50,385 nucleotides of DNA from an uncultured Treponema sp. (GTDB taxonomy: Bacteria > Spirochaetota > Spirochaetia > Treponematales > Treponemataceae). The position numbers and the translations under genes were made by a program. The notes beneath the pieces are model-generated. The model ran no database searches, was not told where the DNA came from, and worked only from the letters and a program-made list of their open reading frames with translations. Positions 8,218 to 17,399 of the stretch are shown piece by piece (the stretch's first letter is position 1; every line of letters starts with the position of its first letter). Where the stretch lies: the NCBI GenBank assembly GCA_964560975.1, contig CAZLNE010000001.1, forward strand, positions 5,545-55,929, written 5' to 3'.

Positions 8218-9468
8218 CTAATTCATTCCCATTCCTAATTTTGAAACTAATGTTTCCTTAAGCTTAATATAATCATCATCACTTAGGCCAAGCTGAGAAG
8301 CCCTGGTAAGCTCACTCATAGAAGCGGCATAATCACCCAAATGATAGTTCGACAGGGCTTTTCTATAATATACATGAGACTGATATTCATTAATTTGAAG
8401 AGACTTGTTAAAATACTTAAGCGCTTCCCGATGATCATTAAGAACACTTAACACAATACCAACGTAATAAAATGAACGGAAATTTGACGGATCGTATTCT
8501 GTACTCTTTATATAATCATGTAATGCAGACTCAAAATTATTTTGGGCAAAATAAGCCATTCCTCTATGTTTATAAATAACAGATAATACCACAGAGTTAG
8601 GAGCCGGCTCTGCATTAATAATTTGTGTGTAAATTTGTACAGCTTTACCTAAATCACCAGTGTTATGTGCATGAATTGCTTCCAAAATCATGTCGTCAAT
8701 TGTGCCGTGAACATAAGGCGATACTGCTTCTAAATTAGCAGCAGGTTTCTCTGCAGATTTGAAATCAACACTAGTTCTTGAAAGTTTATCGGCCTGTTCA
8801 TAAAAGGCTCCGCGTCTGTAATCTAACTCGCGGTTCAGTTTATTTTGATAATCTCTGATTTCTTGAAATACAATATCTGCAAGACTCAAGCTTGCATTCA
8901 TAGAAGCGAGTTTTCTGCGTAAAGGTAAGTCGAAGGGTGAAAACTCAGATTTATAGACAAGCTCGTGTTCAACTTCTGCCCACGCATCTTGAAGAATGGT
9001 GCGTATTTGAATTTCACATACAAGATTTTTCGGAACATCAACCTTTTCTGAACGAAATTCTTCAGGAATATCAACTAAGATATGAATTGATTCATATCCA
9101 AACTCACGAAAGGTACGATCAGCTCCCTTTCTTTCAATTTCTTTTATTTCAAAAATCTCAACAATCTGTTTTTCTATAGAAGTTAAATCTTCTAGAAAGG
9201 CACAAATAACTCTAATACCCAAAAGGTCAGTTAATGTTGGAAAGTTTTCTTCTCCCAATGCAGGTGGTCTTACTCGCAGAAGTTTTCTATAGTAACTATT
9301 AAAATCTTTTACACGAGCCTTAAAGGTAGGTTTTGACGGGAGGGTTAAATTCTTTTTAAGCTTCTGTTCAATGCTGAATAGGATAGCAGATAAAACGGGT
9401 CTATATAGTTCATATGATTCTTTGAGTTCTTCTTTATTAGGAAATGATCGTATACTGGATTGTGTCAT
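8218..9468 (-). CDS. Small alarmone synthetase (RelA/SpoT-type (p)ppGpp synthetase domain) fused to C-terminal TPR repeats
   Basis: Synthetase-domain motifs GIRVICAFLEDL, ESIHILVD and CEIQIRTILQDAWAEVEHELVYK. The C-terminal ~150 aa contain TPR-like repeats (GKAVQIYTQII..., YKHRGMAYFAQNNFESALHDYIKSTEYDP...). The track start at 9528 runs through the flaA terminator, so ATG 9468 (MTQSSIRS...) is preferred. Confidence 0.85.
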   Translation of the reverse strand: MTQSSIRSFPNKEELKESYELYRPVLSAILFSIEQKLKKNLTLPSKPTFKARVKDFNSYYRKLLRVRPPALGEENFPTLTDLLGIRVICAFLEDLTSIEKQIVEIFEIKEIERKGADRTFREFGYESIHILVDIPEEFRSEKVDVPKNLVCEIQIRTILQDAWAEVEHELVYKSEFSPFDLPLRRKLASMNASLSLADIVFQEIRDYQNKLNRELDYRRGAFYEQADKLSRTSVDFKSAEKPAANLEAVSPYVHGTIDDMILEAIHAHNTGDLGKAVQIYTQIINAEPAPNSVVLSVIYKHRGMAYFAQNNFESALHDYIKSTEYDPSNFRSFYYVGIVLSVLNDHREALKYFNKSLQINEYQSHVYYRKALSNYHLGDYAASMSELTRASQLGLSDDDYIKLKETLVSKLGMGMN

Positions 9469-9473
9469 ACTCA

Positions 9474-9502
9474 ATAGTACCACGGAAAAAATGATTTGAC
9501 AA
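9474..9502 (-). promoter_or_regulatory. Putative promoter for the SAS-TPR gene, with leaderless geometry
   Basis: The minus strand reads TTGTCA (9502-9497), a 17-nt spacer, then TACTAT (9479-9474). Only 5 nt (TGAGT) separate it from ATG 9468, and there is no SD. Confidence 0.4.
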
Positions 9503-9525
9503 TTAAAACAATCCGACGAAAAGCA

Positions 9526-9556
9526 CAAAAAAAAGAGAGCAGAAAATCTGCCCTCT
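9526..9556 (-). terminator. Rho-independent terminator after flaA
   Basis: The minus strand reads AGAGGGCAG-ATTTT-CTGCTCTCT (9-bp stem with one mismatch) followed by a T-run of at least 8. Confidence 0.6.
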
Positions 9557-9581
9557 TTATCAAGATAAAACTAAGTTATTT

Positions 9582-10622
9582 CTATTCTGCTTCAAGTGAA
9601 GAAGTAAAAGCTTCTTCTTGAGCCATCTTGTCTTTTTCTAAGAAACGAAGAACCTGTTTATCACCGAATTTTGCCATTTCATAATTCTGTTTAGAAGTTT
9701 CTTTAGCATTAATAATACCCCAAAGATCTTCATCAGCAATGTCGCGTTCTGTTGAAAGTACAGCCTTATCAAAGATAATTTTTACGTCTTTGAAATAACC
9801 AATGAAATCATCGCCATTATGCATTGCATCACGTGTAATCTGGAAACCTATGAACTTTACAAAAGGAAGTCCGCGTGGATAAATTGGAACAATGCGAATT
9901 TCTCTCTGGCGGATTTCTGTAACATACTGTGGGTTATTCCACTTAAGTTCTCTCCAGCCGTCAAAACCAAGGTAACCCATGAAATAACGTCTTTCAGTAT
10001 TATCTGTGTCTTTTAACACAACATATAAACCATGGGGGTAGTTCATTCCCATTGTTGTTACAGAAAGAGCTTTAACAGTACCTACATTCTTTACAATTCC
10101 ATAACCATCTTCAAAACGTGTCTTACCGCTTGCTTTTTCTTCAGCAGTCTGAGGCTGAATTTGACCATTTTCATCAGCAGTAGCCATTGGCTCATAGGCA
10201 GGGATTTCAAAAGCAGGCTTAATGAACGCATTGGAATTAACCATAGCATTGGGGAAAAGTATTCTTACACCCATTACATTTTTACCAGCAAAAGGTACCT
10301 TAGCAGTGTCCCTTACAGGTGCCGGCACAACAGTTGATGTTGCTATACTTACTACAGTTTTTGCAGAAGAGTTAAGCTCTACTTCCCAGTTTGGCAGGCT
10401 GAGAGATGTTTTCATCAAAGCCTTCTGTTCCTCTGTAAAAGTAGCCCCTGCAGCGATACCGTAATTCATTACAGATCGTCTGTTTTGGGTGGGATTTTCG
10501 TTTTCATCAGCAATAATATCAGCATCCAAAATCGTAAAATCAATAATTGTTGCTTCTTCTGCAACCATAAAAGATCCAATAAGCAAAAACGCCATTACAA
10601 CTAAAATGAAAGTCCTTTTCAT
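9582..10622 (-). CDS. flaA: Periplasmic flagellar filament outer-layer (sheath) protein FlaA
   Basis: Signal peptide MKRTFILVVMAFLLIGSFMVA. Long collinear resemblance to treponemal FlaA as I remember it (IIDFT.L.ADI.AD, EEQKALM.SL....WEV.LNSSA, EEKASGK.RFEDGYG.VKNVG, MNYPHGLYV, YFMGYL.FD.W.EL.WNNP.Y, GYFKDVKII.DKAVLST.RD.ADEDLWGI). SD GGAG lies 6 nt upstream of the ATG. Confidence 0.9.
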   Translation of the reverse strand: MKRTFILVVMAFLLIGSFMVAEEATIIDFTILDADIIADENENPTQNRRSVMNYGIAAGATFTEEQKALMKTSLSLPNWEVELNSSAKTVVSIATSTVVPAPVRDTAKVPFAGKNVMGVRILFPNAMVNSNAFIKPAFEIPAYEPMATADENGQIQPQTAEEKASGKTRFEDGYGIVKNVGTVKALSVTTMGMNYPHGLYVVLKDTDNTERRYFMGYLGFDGWRELKWNNPQYVTEIRQREIRIVPIYPRGLPFVKFIGFQITRDAMHNGDDFIGYFKDVKIIFDKAVLSTERDIADEDLWGIINAKETSKQNYEMAKFGDKQVLRFLEKDKMAQEEAFTSSLEAE

Positions 10623-10666
10623 TCAAAGCTCCTTTTTATACACGTGATGTAGCCCTGTTTTATACA

Positions 10667-10694
10667 AGTATACGCATGATAAACGTTTTGTCAA
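10667..10694 (-). promoter_or_regulatory. Putative sigma70-type flaA promoter
   Basis: The minus strand reads TTGACA (10694-10689), a 16-nt spacer, then TATACT (10672-10667). Confidence 0.5.
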
Positions 10695-10720
10695 TTCTTT
10701 TTTTAAAGAAATGCTTCCGT

Positions 10721-11212
10721 TTAGTAATCGTATATTTTACTACTTCCAATGTACAAGTTTATTATATCAATATTTCTGAAATTTCGAAACACATTTTTTC
10801 TAAAAATTTCAGCTCCTTCCTTGTTATTTGAAGAATCATTACCTGTAATATACAGTGCTTCTTCAGATAAGGTCACGTATAAGGTTTTATCTGCTACAAA
10901 ACAGGATAAAACCTTTGTTCCCCGAGGGAACAGCAGTCTATAACGATCTCCTATAGGTCCAAGTACAATATCTTCTATAAACTTCCGAAGGGTATTATCT
11001 TTAGCTACCTCAGGAAGAAACCTGGATTCTACATATAGACCGTCTTTATTCATATGCTCAAAACACACTATATAACGATTTTTCGAGTCATTTACAATCC
11101 ACAAAACAATCGAACAAATGCTGATGCATACAAGTAAAATAGCTAAAATACGGATTCTTACGTCTTTTAAGGTTTTCACCAAGTCTTCAAATACTTTTAA
11201 TACTATGCTCAT
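10721..11212 (-). CDS. GerMN-domain-like membrane-anchored protein
   Basis: N-terminal TM helix (ILAILLVCISICSIVLWIV) and a GerMN-like pattern (FIEDIVLGPIGDRYRLLFPRGTKVLSCFVADKTLYVTLSEEAL). A 4-nt overlap with the upstream amidase stop is the common amidase-GerMN pairing. Confidence 0.55.
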   Translation of the reverse strand: MSIVLKVFEDLVKTLKDVRIRILAILLVCISICSIVLWIVNDSKNRYIVCFEHMNKDGLYVESRFLPEVAKDNTLRKFIEDIVLGPIGDRYRLLFPRGTKVLSCFVADKTLYVTLSEEALYITGNDSSNNKEGAEIFRKNVFRNFRNIDIINLYIGSSKIYDY

Positions 11213-12246
11213 CGTGTCCCCGTAAAACCTCTAGACTGCTCAAAATGGGTTATAAAAGCTCCCAGTCCATTATATATCCCAAGGGCAATTTTGCGCAAGT
11301 ATATTTTATCATTTAATAGGCTTGCATCCTGCAAATTTGTGATAAATCCTAGTTCTATAAGTACACTCGGCATGTGAGCGTTTCGAACAACAAACCATTC
11401 CTCTTCCTTTATTCCTCTATTTGACATTTTCTGTCCAATTTGGTCATCCATTCCTTCGAGTATAAATTTAGCAATAAGTATACTTTCAGTGGTATATTCC
11501 TCTTCCATCATAGAATTAAGTATAGGAAGCAGATCCTTATCTACTCCGGAATCAGATAAAACACTTCTTCTGTAGCCCGGACTAAGATACCATACCTCGT
11601 AGCCTCCGGCTTTTTTATCAAAGGCTGCATTCACATGAACAGAAACATAGAGTATCGCCTCGTTGTCCTCCAGTTTTACTGAATTGGCAATATCTACACG
11701 CTGTTCGAGAGTTAAATAGGTGTCTGTTGAGCGGGTTAAAAGTATTTTTTTATCAGGATAGGTTTTTGATAAAAGCGAATGTAATTCAAGCGCTGTGGTT
11801 AGTGCAACATCTTTTTCTTGTATAGTCACTTTTTTACCATCGATAGTATGAGTATCAACTGCACCAGGATCCTTTCCGCCATGGCCTGGATCTATGAGTA
11901 TGGCTCCTACCCTGAACTCTGTATCACCAGTAAAGGTTGTGAAAAGATCTTCTGCAGTCTTGAGAAGTGAATTCGAAAGATACAGACTATTGCTGCTTAC
12001 TAGAGGAGGATCAATTATAAGGAGTTTTTTATAATCCAGAAGAGCAATGCTTTCTCCAGATATAAAACGTATAGTATGTCCATTTTTTTGTAAAACTCCG
12101 CTTCCTGTAAGAGGGTCCCAATAAACATAGGCATCAAGGCTTTCTACGGCAGTTACTGCATTGGTATAGCCGGAAGGTACCGTATCTGCAAAAAGAAGAG
12201 TTAAAGAGAAAACTGTAAGCAAACTAAAAAATAGCCCTTTTTTCAT
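11209..12246 (-). CDS. N-acetylmuramoyl-L-alanine amidase (Amidase_3 / AmiC-like)
   Basis: Signal peptide, then ILIDPGHGGKDPGA, LYVSVHVNA, and PSVLIELGFITN (zinc-ligand and fold motifs of Amidase_3). Confidence 0.88.
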   Translation of the reverse strand: MKKGLFFSLLTVFSLTLLFADTVPSGYTNAVTAVESLDAYVYWDPLTGSGVLQKNGHTIRFISGESIALLDYKKLLIIDPPLVSSNSLYLSNSLLKTAEDLFTTFTGDTEFRVGAILIDPGHGGKDPGAVDTHTIDGKKVTIQEKDVALTTALELHSLLSKTYPDKKILLTRSTDTYLTLEQRVDIANSVKLEDNEAILYVSVHVNAAFDKKAGGYEVWYLSPGYRRSVLSDSGVDKDLLPILNSMMEEEYTTESILIAKFILEGMDDQIGQKMSNRGIKEEEWFVVRNAHMPSVLIELGFITNLQDASLLNDKIYLRKIALGIYNGLGAFITHFEQSRGFTGTR

Positions 12247-13844
12247 CTCTGTTCCTCATCGAGCATATATAGAATTCCCTGTAAACCGCCGCGTATAAAA
12301 TAATGCCAAAACCGTTGTAAACAAACAGATTTTGATAGTTTTTCTTCTTTTTCTGCAATAGAAAAAAACTGTGTAAGCGAAAAATATGCCGACCTGTGAT
12401 TCCAATCAAGCATTCTTTCGTCATCTCTAAAGAATGGTTTTTTGATCACAAGATGTTGTAAAAAAATCTGCTTGAGATCCTTTATACTTACTGTAGCACC
12501 TTTTTCACCTGATATGAGTTCATCGTATTGTTTTTTGCTAATTTGATAGGCTGAAGGCGGAAATTCTGTAAAAACGTCTTCTTCTAAAAAATCCTTTGTG
12601 CTTTTTTGCTCAGGCGTAAGTCTTAAAACTATGGTTTTTACAGCGAGTTCTGCACTCTTCACCGCCTCTTCCCTGGTTTGGGCACAGCTTATAATATTGC
12701 CGCATTTTTCTACGTTGTTAACCGGAAAACTTACAAAATCTCCTTCTTTAGCCCTTGGAAAGATATCTTTTACTTGCGCACTGTTTTTTGCTTCGTCAAA
12801 TCCTTGTATAGATGCTATTTTTCCTGGAATGGAAATCCAGGCTCTCTCTGCGCTTACTTGATGAGACTCCAGAGAAATGCCTGTGAGCGGAATATAAGGC
12901 TCATCGCCGAGCGCTATTTGTAAGGCAAGTTTTGTCAGGTTTACACCAGAAGCATAGGGATAGGTCCAGCCTGACATGTATCCGCCTGAAAGACGGGCTG
13001 CTATTTCACCAATTTTAGGGCCGTCTTTTGTAAGTTTTACGTCGCCCTTTGCGGCACCGCAGTGTAAGCCAAGCGCAAAAACACCTTTTTTAAACTCATC
13101 AATGAGAAGATTTTTCTCGTTTATGGAAAATTTCGTCGGCATGGTGTGACCCATTTCTATAAAATACGGCGGATAATAAATATGTCTGTCTGCAAAACCG
13201 GTTATGTTTATTGTACCATTAAAAACGAGGGAATCTATAGAAAACTCAGGACCATCCATGTATTCTTCTATGATTGCTCTCTTGGAGCGGGAATATGAAA
13301 TCGCGGTTTTTACAGCACTTACTAATTCGTCAAAATTCCTGGCCATTCTGCATCCGCGGGCGCCCATGTTATCGACAGGTTTTACGACAAGGGGAAAGTT
13401 ATTAGATTCAAATCCATTTGTGTGAAGAAGGCCTTCCAGTGTTTCTGTTCCGTTGTCTGCTTCCGAGACTTCAAAAAATTTTGGTGAATTTACTCCGTGC
13501 GAGGAAAAACACTTTCTCATACGGATTTTATCGCTTGCATTTAATGAAGCTTCATATGAGTGTGAGAATAAACCGCACACTTCAGCAATTTTTGCGACTG
13601 CGGCAGAAAAGTCTGTTCCGGCAGTAAAAACGGCATCAATACCTGTGGTTTTTTTTAGATGTAAGGCATATTCACACAAGGCGCTGGTGTCTTTAAGATC
13701 AATGAGTGTAAATTCATCACATAAAGGAACACAATAGGCATCTTTATTTCCATCTGCTACTGTAACGCGGCAGCCGAGTTCTTTTGCAGTCATAATGGCA
13801 GGTTTTTGCATAAATCCTGCACCAAGGATAAAAACATTTCTCAT
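12243..13844 (-). CDS. ATP-grasp family carboxylate-amine ligase-like enzyme with an uncharacterised C-terminal extension of about 120 aa
   Basis: Rossmann-like pre-ATP-grasp N-terminus (MRNVFILGAGFMQKPAI...), FPLVVKPVDNMGARGCRMA, AIIEEYMDGPEFSIDSLV. The substrate is unknown. Confidence 0.78.
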   Translation of the reverse strand: MRNVFILGAGFMQKPAIMTAKELGCRVTVADGNKDAYCVPLCDEFTLIDLKDTSALCEYALHLKKTTGIDAVFTAGTDFSAAVAKIAEVCGLFSHSYEASLNASDKIRMRKCFSSHGVNSPKFFEVSEADNGTETLEGLLHTNGFESNNFPLVVKPVDNMGARGCRMARNFDELVSAVKTAISYSRSKRAIIEEYMDGPEFSIDSLVFNGTINITGFADRHIYYPPYFIEMGHTMPTKFSINEKNLLIDEFKKGVFALGLHCGAAKGDVKLTKDGPKIGEIAARLSGGYMSGWTYPYASGVNLTKLALQIALGDEPYIPLTGISLESHQVSAERAWISIPGKIASIQGFDEAKNSAQVKDIFPRAKEGDFVSFPVNNVEKCGNIISCAQTREEAVKSAELAVKTIVLRLTPEQKSTKDFLEEDVFTEFPPSAYQISKKQYDELISGEKGATVSIKDLKQIFLQHLVIKKPFFRDDERMLDWNHRSAYFSLTQFFSIAEKEEKLSKSVCLQRFWHYFIRGGLQGILYMLDEEQR

Positions 13845-13854
13845 ACGTAATTAA

Positions 13855-16419
13855 CTATAATTTATTGGGGATTTTAATACAATAGACTTCAAAGGTATCT
13901 CCTAATGAAAACATTTTGCTGATAACTGTACATAACGAAAACAAAAGGCTTCCCTTTTTTGCTCCTGTTTTTTGAATTATGGGAAAGCGTTCGCTATGAT
14001 GCCCTGTACAAACAATTTTTTTTACCTTAAAACCATTGTTGTGTAAGATTTTTTTGCAATTTTTTAATTCCCATAAGGTAAAGTGGTCCAAGGGGCTTTG
14101 CAAAAAAAACTTTTTTTCTGAAAATGTGCGCGATACGCCGCAAGCATTCGGCGTTGAAAATGCAAAGACTCCTTGATCAGTAAGAATATCATGTGTTTTT
14201 ACTAATACATCGTGCAGATTTTGAAAGTGTTCTATAACAAACCACATAGTAACTGCATCAAATTTTGTAAGGTTAAACTCTTTTTTAATATCTATTTTTG
14301 GATACTGTGCTGTGCAGGACTGAATTTTCAATTCATCCCTTACATAGCTGATTGCATCCGAGGAAATATCTGTTCCATAAGGAATAAACCCAGCATCCTT
14401 CGCTGCCGATAAAAAAGGTCCATAGGCACAGCCTACATCGAGAATGGTTCTTTTTACAGAAGTGTTCAATATTTTTTTTATTGTATGTACCCGGACGATG
14501 CCCATTTGTTTTATCTGCTCAAAGTCTTCAAGATACGTTTTTCCATACTGCTTTTTGTATTCTGTGAAAAAATACGATTTTGTATACGCAAGAGCACCGC
14601 CAGAAGTCCATGAAGGATAAAGCATTGTACAGTTTCTGCACCGTCTGATAGTTTTATTTTCAGCCCGTTCTATTACGCTATCTATGCTGTCTCGTTTTCC
14701 GCAAAGAGGACAATAATGTTCGCTTCCCTCAGAAAGGGACCGGATCAAATCAGGCAAGTTTTCTTCGTCTTCCGGCCCTGCATTATACAAGGGAGCAAAA
14801 TCAGGGTGCAGAGTTTTTAATCGTTCAGGTTTTTTGAGTACTCTTATAAAACTCTTTACTGATAGGTTTTTATTTGAAATATATGAAAATCCATATTTTT
14901 TTGCTAAGATTCGGTGCAGCGTTGTTGTTTCTAAAAGAATGAGAGGTATACCCAAAGAAACCGTTTCAAAGGCAGTAAGACCATAGTGGGTTATAACCAA
15001 ATCATATTCATGCAGTTTTCTAGATAACTGTAATATAGGCTTACGATAATTTATGCTGCTGCTAAGCTCCGGTGCTTCGTTTTGAAGGTTAGTACTATAC
15101 AAATCTGGAACTGTTGTTATTACATCGATTGAAAAAGAAGGAAAAATCTCTGATGCTGCCTTTGCACTCAAAAGAGAAGCCTTGTATGAAAGTTTTGCCG
15201 GGTCCTCCCCTCCCAAGCAAACTAGAATCTTCGCTTGATTTTTAGTATAAAAACTATCTGATAGCGGAACGAATTTTTCTCTTTTAGGCACATCCAAAAG
15301 ACGTATATTTTTATGATTTACCCTCTTTTGTTCTAGAGAAGGAATAATTTCAATGAGATACTGCATGGAATCTGTGTGAGAAGAACCGTCATCAATCGAC
15401 ACAACTGGGCCCAGGGAACTAAACAGCAGAGCATCTTCTTCTTTCATACTGAAAAAGTCGGCTGCGACAAGACTATAAGACTTTCTACGCTGAAAACTTT
15501 CAAGATTGCTTATGATTTGGGTATCAAATAATTCATTACTGTTAAGAGCGTCATCAATAAGAGCTCTTACACTCTGAGAACAGTCCGGAGGAATGTATAA
15601 ATCTGCTGATAACTTGGATGCTAAGGCTATCATGCGTTTGGCGTGTCCTGTTCCAAAACCCGGTTTTGTCTGCGGGATGCAAAGAACAGGGTGCCGAATA
15701 TGACTCTGAGAGAGAGCGTAAATTATCTGAGCAGCAGTATAGGGTTCTATAGATATGTTCATAGTATCAGCTGGTGTAATAAAATCTGCAATCCGCAAGG
15801 CTCTCCGGTAATCTGCATAGGTGTCGATGGTAGTTCGTAATTCAGGATGCGCCCATTGAGGAGGAGACGGCAGAAACGCACAATTCCACGTATCAGTGTG
15901 GTTATACAGCGCGGGACCTACATGCTCAGTATCGTAGGGGTCAGAGGTCAGCGTCTGAGACTTCAAGAGTGATTGAGCATTAAGTATTTCGACACCGCTT
16001 CCATGAGGGAGACCAGTATAAGTGCAATAATCGTATTGGTTGTTGCTGGCCTCCATTTGAAGAACTTCCTGTAAAAGACCTTGAGCTGCCTCGTAAAATA
16101 TAAAGGGGTTATCTCCTGTTGCTCTAACTATCCAGGAAACTTTTTTTCCTTGCTCCTGCTCTATCAGCCGTATAAGTGAGCAAAAGCGGTCAAGTACGTC
16201 ATTTTCGCTGCCGGCAAAGCATTTCCAAAGGTGTTTTTGTGCTATTGGTGCAAGCGTCTTATATGATGAAATATCAGTGGCAAGATAAAACTCATCACAT
16301 TCGAGTTTTTTCATTGCGCACAGAGTCCACTCTATACAGGTTTGCGAACCCAAAGGAAGCAAAGCCTTTGAAGGAAGCCTTGTTGAACCGAGGCGGCACT
16401 GAATAATGACTACGTTCAT
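13855..16419 (-). CDS. Three-domain protein: SpsF/acylneuraminate-type cytidylyltransferase, PseG/SpsG-like (GT28 C-terminal type) domain, and zinc-ribbon plus class I SAM methyltransferase
   Basis: The N-terminus reads MNVVIIQCRLGSTRLPSKALLPLG (cytidylyltransferase signature). The middle has GFGTGHAKRMIALASKL, ILVCLGGEDP and YDLVITHYGLTAFETVSLGIPLILL (PseG/MurG-like). The C-terminus has CPLCG...CRNC followed by ILDVGCAYGPFLSAAKDAGFIPYGTDIS (SAM motif I). Confidence 0.75.
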   Translation of the reverse strand: MNVVIIQCRLGSTRLPSKALLPLGSQTCIEWTLCAMKKLECDEFYLATDISSYKTLAPIAQKHLWKCFAGSENDVLDRFCSLIRLIEQEQGKKVSWIVRATGDNPFIFYEAAQGLLQEVLQMEASNNQYDYCTYTGLPHGSGVEILNAQSLLKSQTLTSDPYDTEHVGPALYNHTDTWNCAFLPSPPQWAHPELRTTIDTYADYRRALRIADFITPADTMNISIEPYTAAQIIYALSQSHIRHPVLCIPQTKPGFGTGHAKRMIALASKLSADLYIPPDCSQSVRALIDDALNSNELFDTQIISNLESFQRRKSYSLVAADFFSMKEEDALLFSSLGPVVSIDDGSSHTDSMQYLIEIIPSLEQKRVNHKNIRLLDVPKREKFVPLSDSFYTKNQAKILVCLGGEDPAKLSYKASLLSAKAASEIFPSFSIDVITTVPDLYSTNLQNEAPELSSSINYRKPILQLSRKLHEYDLVITHYGLTAFETVSLGIPLILLETTTLHRILAKKYGFSYISNKNLSVKSFIRVLKKPERLKTLHPDFAPLYNAGPEDEENLPDLIRSLSEGSEHYCPLCGKRDSIDSVIERAENKTIRRCRNCTMLYPSWTSGGALAYTKSYFFTEYKKQYGKTYLEDFEQIKQMGIVRVHTIKKILNTSVKRTILDVGCAYGPFLSAAKDAGFIPYGTDISSDAISYVRDELKIQSCTAQYPKIDIKKEFNLTKFDAVTMWFVIEHFQNLHDVLVKTHDILTDQGVFAFSTPNACGVSRTFSEKKFFLQSPLDHFTLWELKNCKKILHNNGFKVKKIVCTGHHSERFPIIQKTGAKKGSLLFSLCTVISKMFSLGDTFEVYCIKIPNKL

Positions 16420-17399
16420 ACGGTTTTATCATCCCATTGAGAAATCAGGTTTGCTGCATCTATTTTGAACCGGTACTTATTTGCTTCTACCCATAATCGG
16501 GCAGCTTTAAACATAGAAATTGAGTTAAAAAAAGAAGAAGAACGTCGCGCAAATCCGAAAAAAGAACTTATTGGAATATAGGCATAGTCACTGTTATAAA
16601 GCGGAAGCAGATTTTTCAAGTAAAAACGTAAATACGAGGTATCTACCGTTGTATCTTCTATAGGCGTACTATCTTCATAGGAAAGACGAAATAAGGGTGA
16701 ACAAAGTATTTTTTCGCCCCAAAGCCAGCTTCGCATGCAAAAATCGAGATTTTGCCAATATGGCGAGCAGATAGTATAGTCAAAACCGCCAAGGTGAATA
16801 AATCTTTTTCGATCGTAAATACCGATGAAATCGAAATTGTAAAGACTTGGACTTAAATCATATAACACCTGAGCCGGACTTACAGAAAACGCTGATTTTT
16901 CAATGAGAGGCTTCATTTTAACCAAAACGTTCTGCATCTGATCTGTTAACAGAACTGGTGCGGTACACAGGGCCTCTGCTTCTTGAAGCCGCTGCAGAAG
17001 CAGGTCAGAAAGCATATTTACTCGGGTTTTTATGTCGTCCCAAAGAACAAGAACATAGGGACTTTCCAGCTCACTCATGCTGATATTTATTTTTTCACCG
17101 GTAGTAATCTTTTCATGCGGAATAATAAATTTAACACAAGGATAGGTCCGGCTCAGTTCATCGATACTGTAATTATCACTGTGATGTTCAACTGATATAA
17201 TCGATTCAAACCCGTTTTTCATGAGCGATTCGAAAATCTGATTTTTATAATGACTTATCTCGCGGGTCAACACAACCACAGAAACAGGGTGTGACGCATA
17301 GGGATTCTTCTCTGTTCCCCCGAGGATAGTTCTCTCTATCTGCTTTTCGTTAAAAGTTAAAGGTATAGTATTCATCACACTTCCCGCATTTTTCACCAT
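16416..17399 (-). CDS. GT-A / family-2-like glycosyltransferase (tentative)
   Basis: VSVVVLTRE start of a GT-A fold, a possible DxD-like LVLWDD, and GGFDYTICSPYWQNLDFCMRSWLWGEKI, which resembles the GT2 (E/D)DxDFCxR segment. The start is either 17399 or ATG 17375. Both overlap the upstream stop. Confidence 0.5.
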   Translation of the reverse strand: MVKNAGSVMNTIPLTFNEKQIERTILGGTEKNPYASHPVSVVVLTREISHYKNQIFESLMKNGFESIISVEHHSDNYSIDELSRTYPCVKFIIPHEKITTGEKINISMSELESPYVLVLWDDIKTRVNMLSDLLLQRLQEAEALCTAPVLLTDQMQNVLVKMKPLIEKSAFSVSPAQVLYDLSPSLYNFDFIGIYDRKRFIHLGGFDYTICSPYWQNLDFCMRSWLWGEKILCSPLFRLSYEDSTPIEDTTVDTSYLRFYLKNLLPLYNSDYAYIPISSFFGFARRSSSFFNSISMFKAARLWVEANKYRFKIDAANLISQWDDKTV

